Source: Candidatus Beckwithbacteria bacterium (GTDB taxonomy: Bacteria; Patescibacteriota; Microgenomatia; UBA1400; CG1-02-47-37). From it: a DNA stretch of 64,000 bases. Below are positions 55,970 to 64,000 of this stretch, piece by piece (the stretch's first letter is position 1; the number at the start of each line of letters is the position of its first letter). A model generated the notes under the pieces. The model worked only from the letters and a program-made list of their open reading frames with translations. It was not told the origin of the DNA and did no database searches. The stretch is taken from NCBI GenBank assembly GCA_026397255.1, contig JAPLVF010000013.1, positions 9,481 through 73,480 on the forward strand. Reading direction: 5' to 3'. The translations under genes and the position numbers were made by a program.

Positions 55970-56751
55970 TTTGGTTTTCTGGCAACGCAGACCACACAGG
56001 CGCTGTATAGCCAGTTTAAATGGAATAAATTATAAAATCTTTTAAGCCTCTGGCCAAAAATGGTCAAACGGAAATCCGGATTGTTAATCTCTTGTCTTAA
56101 ACCAGGCCAATCAAGCCACAAGCCGATGCTTTTTTGGGGATTAAGGTCATCTTTAGGGAAAAACTTCGCTTCAACAAAACCGGCCTGCGTCATAAACTTT
56201 TTAAGTTCGTCTTTAGTGTAATGATATTCGTAAAATTCTCGGGCAAATTTTGCTGGCTTTCTTGGTTTTATAAAGCGTAACCAGCGGCGCGATCGTCTAA
56301 TCAGGTTATCAAACGGCACTTCGACAATTGCCAGGCCGCCAGGCTTTAGCACCCGAAAAGCTGCAACCAGGACTGCTTGCGGCCCGTCAATAAAATGTTC
56401 GACTACGCCCAAAGAAAGGTAAACAGCAAAACTATTTGGCTTAAACGGCAGCTGACGGACATCGCCCAACTTAATCCGGGCCGCCGGATAATAACCGGTA
56501 AGTTTTTTTAAAGCTAAAAGGTTGTTGTCGACACCGACAATATTATAGCCTCTTTTGCCAAAATAAATTATCCACTTGCCGGCGCAGCAGCCGGCCTCAA
56601 TGATGGCTGGTTTTTTAGTTAAATACTTTCTAAAAATCGGTAAGAGACCATCGCTTTGACACAATTCCATTTCCCGTTGGTAATTGGTTTTTTGCCAATA
56701 AGAATCCCATTGGGTGGCACTGGTTTTGGGAACAAAGACTTTATCGGCCAT
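55966..56751 (-). CDS. Class I SAM-dependent methyltransferase (start moved from 56889)
   Basis: IEAGC..G, GDVRQLPF, SLGVVEHF, LKPGG. Confidence 0.87.
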   Translation of the reverse strand: MADKVFVPKTSATQWDSYWQKTNYQREMELCQSDGLLPIFRKYLTKKPAIIEAGCCAGKWIIYFGKRGYNIVGVDNNLLALKKLTGYYPAARIKLGDVRQLPFKPNSFAVYLSLGVVEHFIDGPQAVLVAAFRVLKPGGLAIVEVPFDNLIRRSRRWLRFIKPRKPAKFAREFYEYHYTKDELKKFMTQAGFVEAKFFPKDDLNPQKSIGLWLDWPGLRQEINNPDFRLTIFGQRLKRFYNLFHLNWLYSACVVCVARKPK

Positions 56752-57526
56752 CGAGTTTTTGATATTTTTTCGCCATGGACTCCGACTGCTGTTTTTCCCA
56801 AAGTTTGGCGTAAGTGATAAACGTATCAAAGGTTTGGTACAAAACGGTAATAAACCCCTCCATGCCTTCAAATAAGCCGCCTTTGGCAATTCCCCGCTGC
56901 CAAAACTGCCTCATTGGCGCAGTCAGTGAATGCCACCAGCGGCAGCGGAAAGTGTGTGCCTCCGCCATCAGCTCGGCCACATGATCGGTGTAGTCAATAG
57001 TTTTCCTAAGATTCCAGTTTATCCCCCGGTGGGTCAGGTGAATAAACGGTTGATTAAGACGGCCTGTTTCCCCAGTCAGCTGCGGATACTCGTGGATCCG
57101 GCCCACCCATTTTTTAAATTTGGTTTTATTAATCAGCCGGGTCTGCCAATCGGGATACCAACCGCCTTTTTTCAGCCACTTACCCAAAATAAAGTTTTTC
57201 CGCTTAACTTGAAAGCCCGCCTCCGGCGATGAGGCAGACAAATGATTGATTTCCTGTTTTAATTCCTCGGTCATCCGCTCGTCGGCGTCCAAATAAAACA
57301 TCCAGTCATTTAAAACCTTTTGCGCTCCTAAAGTCCGTTGCCGGCTAAAACCCAACCAGGGCTGGTTAAAAATCCGGCAGCCGAATTTTTTGGCAATCTC
57401 CAAAGTTTTATCAGTACTCCCGGCATCAACCACCACAATTTCTTTGGCCCAACCGCTGACTGATTCCAGACATTTAGCAATAAAGTCCTGATTATTCTGG
57501 GTTAAGATAATGACGCTGACTTTCAT
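56741..57526 (-). CDS. GT2, beta-1,4-glucosyltransferase-like
   Basis: VDAGSTD.T, LDADE, WYPD...RL, IHE. Confidence 0.9.
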   Translation of the reverse strand: MKVSVIILTQNNQDFIAKCLESVSGWAKEIVVVDAGSTDKTLEIAKKFGCRIFNQPWLGFSRQRTLGAQKVLNDWMFYLDADERMTEELKQEINHLSASSPEAGFQVKRKNFILGKWLKKGGWYPDWQTRLINKTKFKKWVGRIHEYPQLTGETGRLNQPFIHLTHRGINWNLRKTIDYTDHVAELMAEAHTFRCRWWHSLTAPMRQFWQRGIAKGGLFEGMEGFITVLYQTFDTFITYAKLWEKQQSESMAKKYQKLDGR

Positions 57527-58431
57527 AGAACGCTACCTTTCCCTAAACGGTGTAAATAAAAATCAAGGACGCCTTTTTTTTCACCGGGCCGGCCGTTTAA
57601 TAATTGTTTAAGACTTTGCCTAAGAAGGGCAAATTTTGTCCTTAAGCTGGCGTACTTAAAGCCGAACACCAGTCGATTCCGGGTAATGTAATAGTCGTGT
57701 AACTGTGAACCGGAGCCGGAACTGCCGGAGCTTTTGTGCCAAATCCGGCTTTGAGGGACAAATACTTGCCTGAAACCGGCAAGTTGCGCCCGGTGGGAAA
57801 AATCGGCATCCTCCCAATAAAGAAAGTAGGCCGGGTCGAGCAAGCCGATCTTAACAAACACCTCTTTTTTGATTAAGACACAGCAAAAATTAACAAAGTC
57901 GACTATTTTAGCTTGGTTATACTGGCCGGTATCGACTTTATCAACACCCAAATGACGGCCGAAAACTTCGTTCCAGTCAAATCGGCCGCCGGCATACCAA
58001 ATTACTTTCCCCAGCTCATCCGGCTGATAACGGTCTTTATGATACTCATAACCTTTGGCAAAGTAGACTTTGGATACGGCTAAGTCTGCTCCGCCTTGGG
58101 CGGCTTTAAATAACTGAACCAGAAATTGCCGGTCAACAATAATATCGTTATTGATCAGTAAAAAGTATTTTGCCCCCCATTTTAGGCCGCGCTGGATACC
58201 AAGGTTATTGCCGTCGGCAAAGCCGGTGTTCTGTAAGGCAGTAATCAATTTAACGTCTTTATATTTTTTCAAGGCTTTTTTTAAGGAACCGTCGGGCACC
58301 GGACTGTTATCGACCACCACAATCAGTTGCTTAACGCTTTTGGGAAGAACCGCTTGCCTGAGCGAGTCGATCGTTTCCAAAGTCATCTGGGGATTCTGGT
58401 ATTCCAAAATCACCGTGCAAAGTTTAGTCAT
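57523..58431 (-). CDS. GT2 (rhamnosyltransferase-like)
   Basis: VDNS, NTGFA.GNN.G, INND, YFLYWED.D, YY..RNR. Confidence 0.9.
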   Translation of the reverse strand: MTKLCTVILEYQNPQMTLETIDSLRQAVLPKSVKQLIVVVDNSPVPDGSLKKALKKYKDVKLITALQNTGFADGNNLGIQRGLKWGAKYFLLINNDIIVDRQFLVQLFKAAQGGADLAVSKVYFAKGYEYHKDRYQPDELGKVIWYAGGRFDWNEVFGRHLGVDKVDTGQYNQAKIVDFVNFCCVLIKKEVFVKIGLLDPAYFLYWEDADFSHRAQLAGFRQVFVPQSRIWHKSSGSSGSGSQLHDYYITRNRLVFGFKYASLRTKFALLRQSLKQLLNGRPGEKKGVLDFYLHRLGKGSVL

Positions 58432-59885
58432 GAATGCTTAATTATACTCCACAGCCAGTTAATATCGACGTTTAAGCGTCTCCTGTCAAAAGCAAATAAA
58501 AAGACTAAATAAATCAAGCCGCCAGAAATTCCCACCAGGAATAAACTGATTAAATTAGTGGCCAAAAAGCTTAGCTTAAACGCCAGCAGTCCGGCTATGG
58601 CGCTGGCTAAAAATGCCGGCCAAGAATGGCGGATTACTTCAACTTTGACGATTTTTCTGATGTAGTACCAAGTCAGCGGTAAAGAAACGTACAACACAAT
58701 CACCGAGCCGATCATCGCTCCGTTAAAACCAAAAAGATAAACCAAGGGAATACTGGCGCCCCAATTAACCAAAGTATAAATAATTAACAGTTTGACGGCG
58801 ATTTTGGTTCTGCCTAAAGCCCAGAAAGCATCCATAAAGGTATTGGTAATGCCGACGATAATAATCCCCAAAAGATGGATGTAAAATGCCGGCAGGGCCG
58901 GCAGCCACTTGTCAGTAAAAATAATCGTCACAATCGGCCGGGCCAAAGCCGCCAGTAAAAAGCTGGTCGGAAATAAAAATAAATTGGTAAAGCGGATGGT
59001 TTTTTCGATGGCTTTTTTTAACACTTCTTTGTTTCCCTGAATCCGTGAATAAGTGGGAAAAGTCACCCGGAAAATATCACTCATAAAAAGAATCGGCAGT
59101 TTGCTAAAAGTGAGCGCCCAGTTTAAGTAGCCGACAGCCGCCGCGCCGGAAACAGCGCCGACGAAAATCGGCATGACGGCATCTTTAATCGTGGCAATAA
59201 AACCGTTCAAGTTGTAAGGAATACCAAAACTAACCAAACGCCTGGCAATCGCTTTATCCCAGGCAAAACTGATCCGCCAAGGTGACAGCCAGAATAAAAC
59301 GATTGCCCCCAAAAAACTTCTGACCAATAAGGCCAAAATAAAACTCCAAACACCTAAACCCATATAAGCCAGAGTGACGGCAATGATTTGAAACGAGATG
59401 ACTTCGACTACTTCCGGCCAGATTAAGCGTTTAAATTGGAGTTTGCGTTCCAAGAGGATCGAGGGAATGGTTTTTAGGGAAGTCAAAAACAAGGACAGGG
59501 AAAACACCCGAAATAACCAAATTCCCTGCATCCCCAGCTGGTATTTATTGGCAAAAAACGGCGCCGTCAACCAAATTAAAGCAGTCACCGTCACTACCAG
59601 AATTTGCTGTAAAGTAAAAGTAACACTTAAGTCTTTCGGGCTTAACTTGTCTTTTTTTTGAATCAAGGCCGCACCCAAGCCCACGTCCGAGAAAAAACCA
59701 AAAAAAGTAATGATAAAACTGACGATGGCAAAAATGCCGAAAATCTCCGGCATTAAAAGCCGGGCCAAAATAATGCTGCCCAAATAGCTGATTGCTTTAA
59801 GCAAAAATTTTCTGATGGTCAGGACCATCACCCCGGAAACGGCGCGCTGACTGATTTCGTCTAAATTAAGGTCTGGTTCGAACAT
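58428..59885 (-). CDS. wzx: Wzx-type oligosaccharide flippase
   Basis: LARLL.PE.FG, D.GLGAALIQ, LLERKLQF; 12-14 TM helices. Confidence 0.88.
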   Translation of the reverse strand: MFEPDLNLDEISQRAVSGVMVLTIRKFLLKAISYLGSIILARLLMPEIFGIFAIVSFIITFFGFFSDVGLGAALIQKKDKLSPKDLSVTFTLQQILVVTVTALIWLTAPFFANKYQLGMQGIWLFRVFSLSLFLTSLKTIPSILLERKLQFKRLIWPEVVEVISFQIIAVTLAYMGLGVWSFILALLVRSFLGAIVLFWLSPWRISFAWDKAIARRLVSFGIPYNLNGFIATIKDAVMPIFVGAVSGAAAVGYLNWALTFSKLPILFMSDIFRVTFPTYSRIQGNKEVLKKAIEKTIRFTNLFLFPTSFLLAALARPIVTIIFTDKWLPALPAFYIHLLGIIIVGITNTFMDAFWALGRTKIAVKLLIIYTLVNWGASIPLVYLFGFNGAMIGSVIVLYVSLPLTWYYIRKIVKVEVIRHSWPAFLASAIAGLLAFKLSFLATNLISLFLVGISGGLIYLVFLFAFDRRRLNVDINWLWSIIKHS

Positions 59886-61317
59886 AAAAAATGAGTCCTA
59901 TCCAACTTAATAAACTGATTATATCTGACCAGAACTGGAGGGGTGTTTTAGTTAGTTTAATTTCTGCTCCGGCGCCGGCGATCAGCCCGGTTTCTGCATC
60001 CAATTGGGCAGCAACCCATTGACCAGCCGTTTTCACTTGCCAACCGGGGAAGTAGAACTGATTGAAAGGACCATTAATATCCCGTGGCTGGGTTGGTTTT
60101 TTAGCGGTTTTAGGTAAATAATCGGCTAAAATGTCGCTCATTTGCAAAGCAATCAACTGCCGGTCGGTATAGTAATAGTCATTAACCGGAGAGAATTTTT
60201 CCGGCCGGAAATACTGCCAATTTAAGGCGATAATTAAGACAATCAACACCAGCGCGGCAAATTTATTTTTAATCCAGTAAAACAGGGAGCCGGAGAAAAA
60301 CGCCACAAAAGTCGCGGCAAAAGCTAACAGCCGCCACGGGAATTGGGCCAGGGCCAAAATCGGCAGCCGATCCCAAATAAACTGGCTATGAAACGTCATC
60401 ATAAAAACTGCCAGGCCCAAACCGACAAAAACGTAAAGCAAGCGGCGCCACAGAAACACGGCCGGTAAAATTAACAATAGCTGCGGCCAACCCAGCTGAA
60501 AAGAAATATTGTCTTCCAAACCAAAGATCGAGCCGCCATACCCCCAGGATCTCTCCCATAATTGCCTGAGATAAATAAAATGCAAAGAATAATGCGAATA
60601 ACCGCCGGTCAGGCTGTTAACCACAGTTAAATCTTTTTCAAAAAAGGCCGGGATAATGAACCAGGCGGTTAAAACCAGGGTCAAACCAGAGACTATCAGC
60701 CAGCGGCGCCAGTATTTTAAATTAAACAGGAAATACAGCCCAAAAAAACCTAAAGAAAATAAGGCAATAACATTGTGAGATAAAAATATTGCCGACCAAG
60801 CTAACGACGCCAGCACGACTTTTTTCTTTTGGCTAGCATAAAAAAATAAAGGGATAAAGGTCATGGCCGTTAATTCTGCCAGCGAACCGCGGACATAAAA
60901 CTGAACTGCCCGGTAGGGCAGATAAACAAAAGCGGCGGCGCTAACCAGACCACCCAGTTTTCCCCACCGGTCTTTGGCCCAAAGATACATAAAATAAAAC
61001 CCCAATAGATAATTCAAGGCAAAAACAGCTTTAATCGCCCAAACTGCCGGCAGTTTAATTAAATAAAGTAATTCGGCTAAATAGTATGGTAAAGGGCCGT
61101 AAAAATGAAATAAAGGCATGCCGTAACCCCAACCGAAATCGATCGCCCAGCGGGACGGAAATTGGCCGGCTTTTAAAGCTAAGTCCAGTTCGACCAAGCG
61201 GGCCACGTGGGTAAAATCGTGCATCTGGAAAAAATCAGAACGGAATAACGGCCAAAGAGTCGGTAAAACCAAGATCAAGCCGATGAATAAAAGCCAATGA
61301 TTTTTAATGAACTTCAT
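59866..61317 (-). CDS. PTPS-related / YfhO-like GT-C membrane protein
   Basis: HD..H..R, G.FP.RW..D...GYG.PLF.FY.PLPY, QFPWR. Confidence 0.82.
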   Translation of the reverse strand: MKFIKNHWLLFIGLILVLPTLWPLFRSDFFQMHDFTHVARLVELDLALKAGQFPSRWAIDFGWGYGMPLFHFYGPLPYYLAELLYLIKLPAVWAIKAVFALNYLLGFYFMYLWAKDRWGKLGGLVSAAAFVYLPYRAVQFYVRGSLAELTAMTFIPLFFYASQKKKVVLASLAWSAIFLSHNVIALFSLGFFGLYFLFNLKYWRRWLIVSGLTLVLTAWFIIPAFFEKDLTVVNSLTGGYSHYSLHFIYLRQLWERSWGYGGSIFGLEDNISFQLGWPQLLLILPAVFLWRRLLYVFVGLGLAVFMMTFHSQFIWDRLPILALAQFPWRLLAFAATFVAFFSGSLFYWIKNKFAALVLIVLIIALNWQYFRPEKFSPVNDYYYTDRQLIALQMSDILADYLPKTAKKPTQPRDINGPFNQFYFPGWQVKTAGQWVAAQLDAETGLIAGAGAEIKLTKTPLQFWSDIISLLSWIGLIFYVRTRP

Positions 61318-62722
61318 AGAACATTAGTTTCTCTCCCCCTGGTCTTGGATATTCACTAATTAATTTCAGTCTTTGAATATCACTTAGATTATATCGGTGG
61401 AAATTAACTACAAGATAAACTTTTTTCCCGGCAGCTAAAGCTTGCTCCATTCCCGGACTGACGGTTTTACTAGGGAAACCGACCCCTAAAATCTGAACAT
61501 TGGAAGAGTGATTAAAATATATTTCCAAACCGTTAGGCAAGGTGCCGAAAGAACCTTCGGTGGCGACAACGACAGATTGATCTTTAGGCAGATTATTTAA
61601 ATAGTTTCTGATTTCTTTCAAACCATAACCCGATGACCATTCTTCTAAATATTGCCCTCTTTCCCAAGGATCAAGCGGCGCTTTAATCGGATTAGTTAAT
61701 AATAACCAATCAAATCTTAACCAGTAAAAAAGAAATAGAATTCCTAACAGCCAAACAAATTTATTAAATTTAGTAATTCCCCAACTGCAGATAATTAAAA
61801 GAAACGGAACAATCGGCAGCAAATAACGGGGGTAAATAATTTTGCCGATACTAATTTGGACTAAAACCGGAAGCAGCGACCAAACAAATAGGATAACGGT
61901 TATTTTTGTTTTATTTTTGATCGCCAAAAGCAGACTAATAATTATCAAAACAAGGGCTGGCCAGGAGAAATAACTCACCAGCCAGGAGAAAAAAACCTGA
62001 GCCGTCGGTAAAAAATATTGAAATAAGTGCTGAAGAATCTCCTGACGGCTGCGTAAATAATCAGCGCTGCGGGAACTGATTAAAGGAAAGGAACCGGACA
62101 AACGGAGACAGTTGTATAAACCGAGAGAAATCAGAATAGCAAGGATACCCGGTTTAATAAACGATTTGATTTTTTTAAACGGGAAAAGCAGGACTAAAGC
62201 AACGTTGAGAAGCAAAAATAATAAACCGGAGGGTTTGGTTAATAAAACCATCCCGGCCAATAAACCCAAAATTGCTCCTAGTTTGAGCGAAGGCCGGTTA
62301 AATAACTGATAAGTAACATAAAACGACCAAAGCGTTAAAGCCGTTAATAAACTATCGGTCAGACTGATTCGGTCGTAAAAAAGCAAAAAGGGGCTAATAA
62401 TTACCAGAAGACTGCTGATGACGGCGATTTTAAGGGAAAACAATTTTTTGGCTAAAAAATAAACGCCCAGTAAAGTGGCTAAACCGGAAGCAACGGACAG
62501 TAAACGGCCGGCGAGCAACGGATCTTTAATAACCCACAAAAGCGGCGCCAACAGCCACATAAATAAAGGGGTTTTGCCGTCGGAAAGCGGAACAAAAAGA
62601 TGTCCTTGATTAATCAGCTGTGTCCACCGGATATAAATTGCCTCGTCGGCAAAGATGGGCAAAAGCGTTAAATTAACCAGCCGGCTAATCAAGAAAACAA
62701 CAATCAGGATTCCTAAAGCCAT
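61304..62722 (-). CDS. GT-C (ArnT/PMT-like) membrane glycosyltransferase
   Basis: PIFADEAIYIRW, DGK.PLF.W, YDR....D, PRY. Confidence 0.85.
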   Translation of the reverse strand: MALGILIVVFLISRLVNLTLLPIFADEAIYIRWTQLINQGHLFVPLSDGKTPLFMWLLAPLLWVIKDPLLAGRLLSVASGLATLLGVYFLAKKLFSLKIAVISSLLVIISPFLLFYDRISLTDSLLTALTLWSFYVTYQLFNRPSLKLGAILGLLAGMVLLTKPSGLLFLLLNVALVLLFPFKKIKSFIKPGILAILISLGLYNCLRLSGSFPLISSRSADYLRSRQEILQHLFQYFLPTAQVFFSWLVSYFSWPALVLIIISLLLAIKNKTKITVILFVWSLLPVLVQISIGKIIYPRYLLPIVPFLLIICSWGITKFNKFVWLLGILFLFYWLRFDWLLLTNPIKAPLDPWERGQYLEEWSSGYGLKEIRNYLNNLPKDQSVVVATEGSFGTLPNGLEIYFNHSSNVQILGVGFPSKTVSPGMEQALAAGKKVYLVVNFHRYNLSDIQRLKLISEYPRPGGEKLMFYEVH

Positions 62723-62726
62723 TCTC

Positions 62727-63827
62727 TTATTTTACCATTTTCCGCTTGATGAATGGGGTAAAAAAGATTGAGCCAAGCCAAATCAGGTTTCTGAGTAAAT
62801 ATACCGGCGGATCCCAGTGGCCGAAATAAAGATAAGGAGCGTAGCGCAGGAGCGCACCGATGGTCAAAGCCGTAAAAATACTGATTACCCATTTGGATTT
62901 AGCGAGAACTGCAAAAGAAAAAGCCCAAATCAAATACCAGGAATGAAGCTGACCCGGCCGCGTCAGCATCACCCCGAGCAAGATTACAGAAAAAAGTGTT
63001 GGTAAATCAATCCGTTTTGCCTTCAAGGAGAGAACCTGTAGGTAATAAAACGGCAGCAGTAAAATCGTGACGTATTTTATCGAAGCGGAAAAAATTAACA
63101 ATATAATTGATTTAAACTTGTTTGAGTTTAAGAAAAACCAGTAGCTTAACAAGGCCGAAAACATCATCACGACGTCATTATGTCCGACGATTAAAGTTTC
63201 GATTAAGACTAAGGGGCAGAAAGCAAATAAACTCCAACGCCATGGCTCATGAGGAAAAAGCCGATTGACTAATTTCTTTAAAATCCATAACTGCCCGAGC
63301 CAAAACAAAGCAACAAATAATTTCATTGTCCAAAAAGTCAAAGTAAAATTGTGGCTAAACCAAACTAGACCCGGCAAGAGGGAAATCCCCGTCCAGCCAT
63401 AGGCATAAGGCGCCGGCGTCTGAACGTTGTGCATGAAGCGAAGCAGCGGATCAAAGGCAAATTCAATCGCAGTTTTAATATGAGGGTTAACATGATAAAT
63501 AATCACCATTTTGGCATTAAAAAGATAATTGAAAACATCATAGGAAAAAAGCGGATAGGCTAAAACGCCAGAAAGAGTTAAAAATATTAAAACATTCCAC
63601 TCCGGAGTGGAATGTTTTTTACGAATATAATTAAGATAAATAATAATTAACAATAGGCTTAAAACTAAAAAAATTACCGTGTTTAAAGGCCGTTGATAAA
63701 ATCCTAAATGTTGTATCCAAATCCTAATCGGGTTCCACCAAGAAAAATTATAAAGCGTTAAATTTAAATCCTGCTGGCTGAAAGAAAACAAGCAAAGCAA
63801 TATCCAAACAAACAAAAATTTAATCAT
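62727..63827 (-). CDS. GT-C, MptA/B-like alpha-mannosyltransferase family
   Basis: P.FSYDVFNY, NP, PY...W, GHNDVVM, K, WY..W. Confidence 0.8.
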   Translation of the reverse strand: MIKFLFVWILLCLFSFSQQDLNLTLYNFSWWNPIRIWIQHLGFYQRPLNTVIFLVLSLLLIIIYLNYIRKKHSTPEWNVLIFLTLSGVLAYPLFSYDVFNYLFNAKMVIIYHVNPHIKTAIEFAFDPLLRFMHNVQTPAPYAYGWTGISLLPGLVWFSHNFTLTFWTMKLFVALFWLGQLWILKKLVNRLFPHEPWRWSLFAFCPLVLIETLIVGHNDVVMMFSALLSYWFFLNSNKFKSIILLIFSASIKYVTILLLPFYYLQVLSLKAKRIDLPTLFSVILLGVMLTRPGQLHSWYLIWAFSFAVLAKSKWVISIFTALTIGALLRYAPYLYFGHWDPPVYLLRNLIWLGSIFFTPFIKRKMVK

Positions 63828-64000
63828 ATAATCTAATTTTTAAGACATGCCAAAACATTCTGATCGAATCACGGAAAGGACTGACTCTGGTAGTGGCGGC
63901 GTGTGTCCAAACAATCGGGACTTCGGCAATTTTAATACCACTTTTCCCGGCCAAATATAAAAGTTCGACATCAAAAGCACCGGTGAAAGCATATTTTTCC
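63820..64000 (-). CDS. C-terminal part of a GT2 polyprenol-phosphate glucosyltransferase (ALG5-like), truncated by the window edge
   Basis: Translated by hand: ...AFDVELLYLAGKSGIKIAEVPIVWTH...DSIRMFWHVLKIRLYD*. Confidence 0.82.
   Translation of the reverse strand, partial: EKYAFTGAFDVELLYLAGKSGIKIAEVPIVWTHAATTRVSPFRDSIRMFWHVLKIRLYD

Noticed and set aside
55966-56889. Long 5' overlaps in the ORF track (also 29601, 41418, 9448, 48850)
   Set aside because: These are longest-ORF artefacts. Downstream ATGs (56751, 29547, 41361, 9400, 48829) give normal coupling or promoter spacing and family-typical N-termini.
2137-63005. Numerous 60-120 aa ORFs nested in or antisense to long genes (e.g. 2137, 4777, 8859, 17640, 22274, 28879, 56930, 58151)
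   Set aside because: They overlap well-supported CDSs and have no motifs, so I treat them as shadow ORFs.

Overview
Bacterial genomic window, probably Patescibacteria/CPR of the Microgenomates type. This is an inference from the gene content, the tight gene packing, the apparently leaderless starts and the coding palindromic repeats. About 54 kb is one large surface-glycosylation locus: GT2 and GT4 transferases, five polyprenol-phosphate-sugar synthase-like GT2s, about 18 GT-C-type membrane proteins (13 consecutive at 30.7-50.3 kb), SDR epimerases, SAM methyltransferases, a radical SAM/SPASM enzyme, a Wzx flippase and a GDP-heptose pathway. A ~10 kb accessory hotspot (7683-17995) lies between a divergent GT4 gene and an epimerase gene. 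It consists of small cassettes separated by leftover copies of the flanking genes' promoters and 5' ends, and I recognise no integrase or transposase in it. The cassettes include a caspase/gingipain-fold protease with two small paralogous partners, VanW plus an L,D-transpeptidase, an exonuclease plus an unknown ORF plus a DpnA-like methyltransferase, an XRE/ImmA pair divergent from a HIRAN-like plus DUF4417-like operon, and a DUF3800 gene abutting a separately promoted multi-stem RNA. No rRNA, tRNA or CRISPR array was seen. All family assignments are by eye from motifs; no searches were run.
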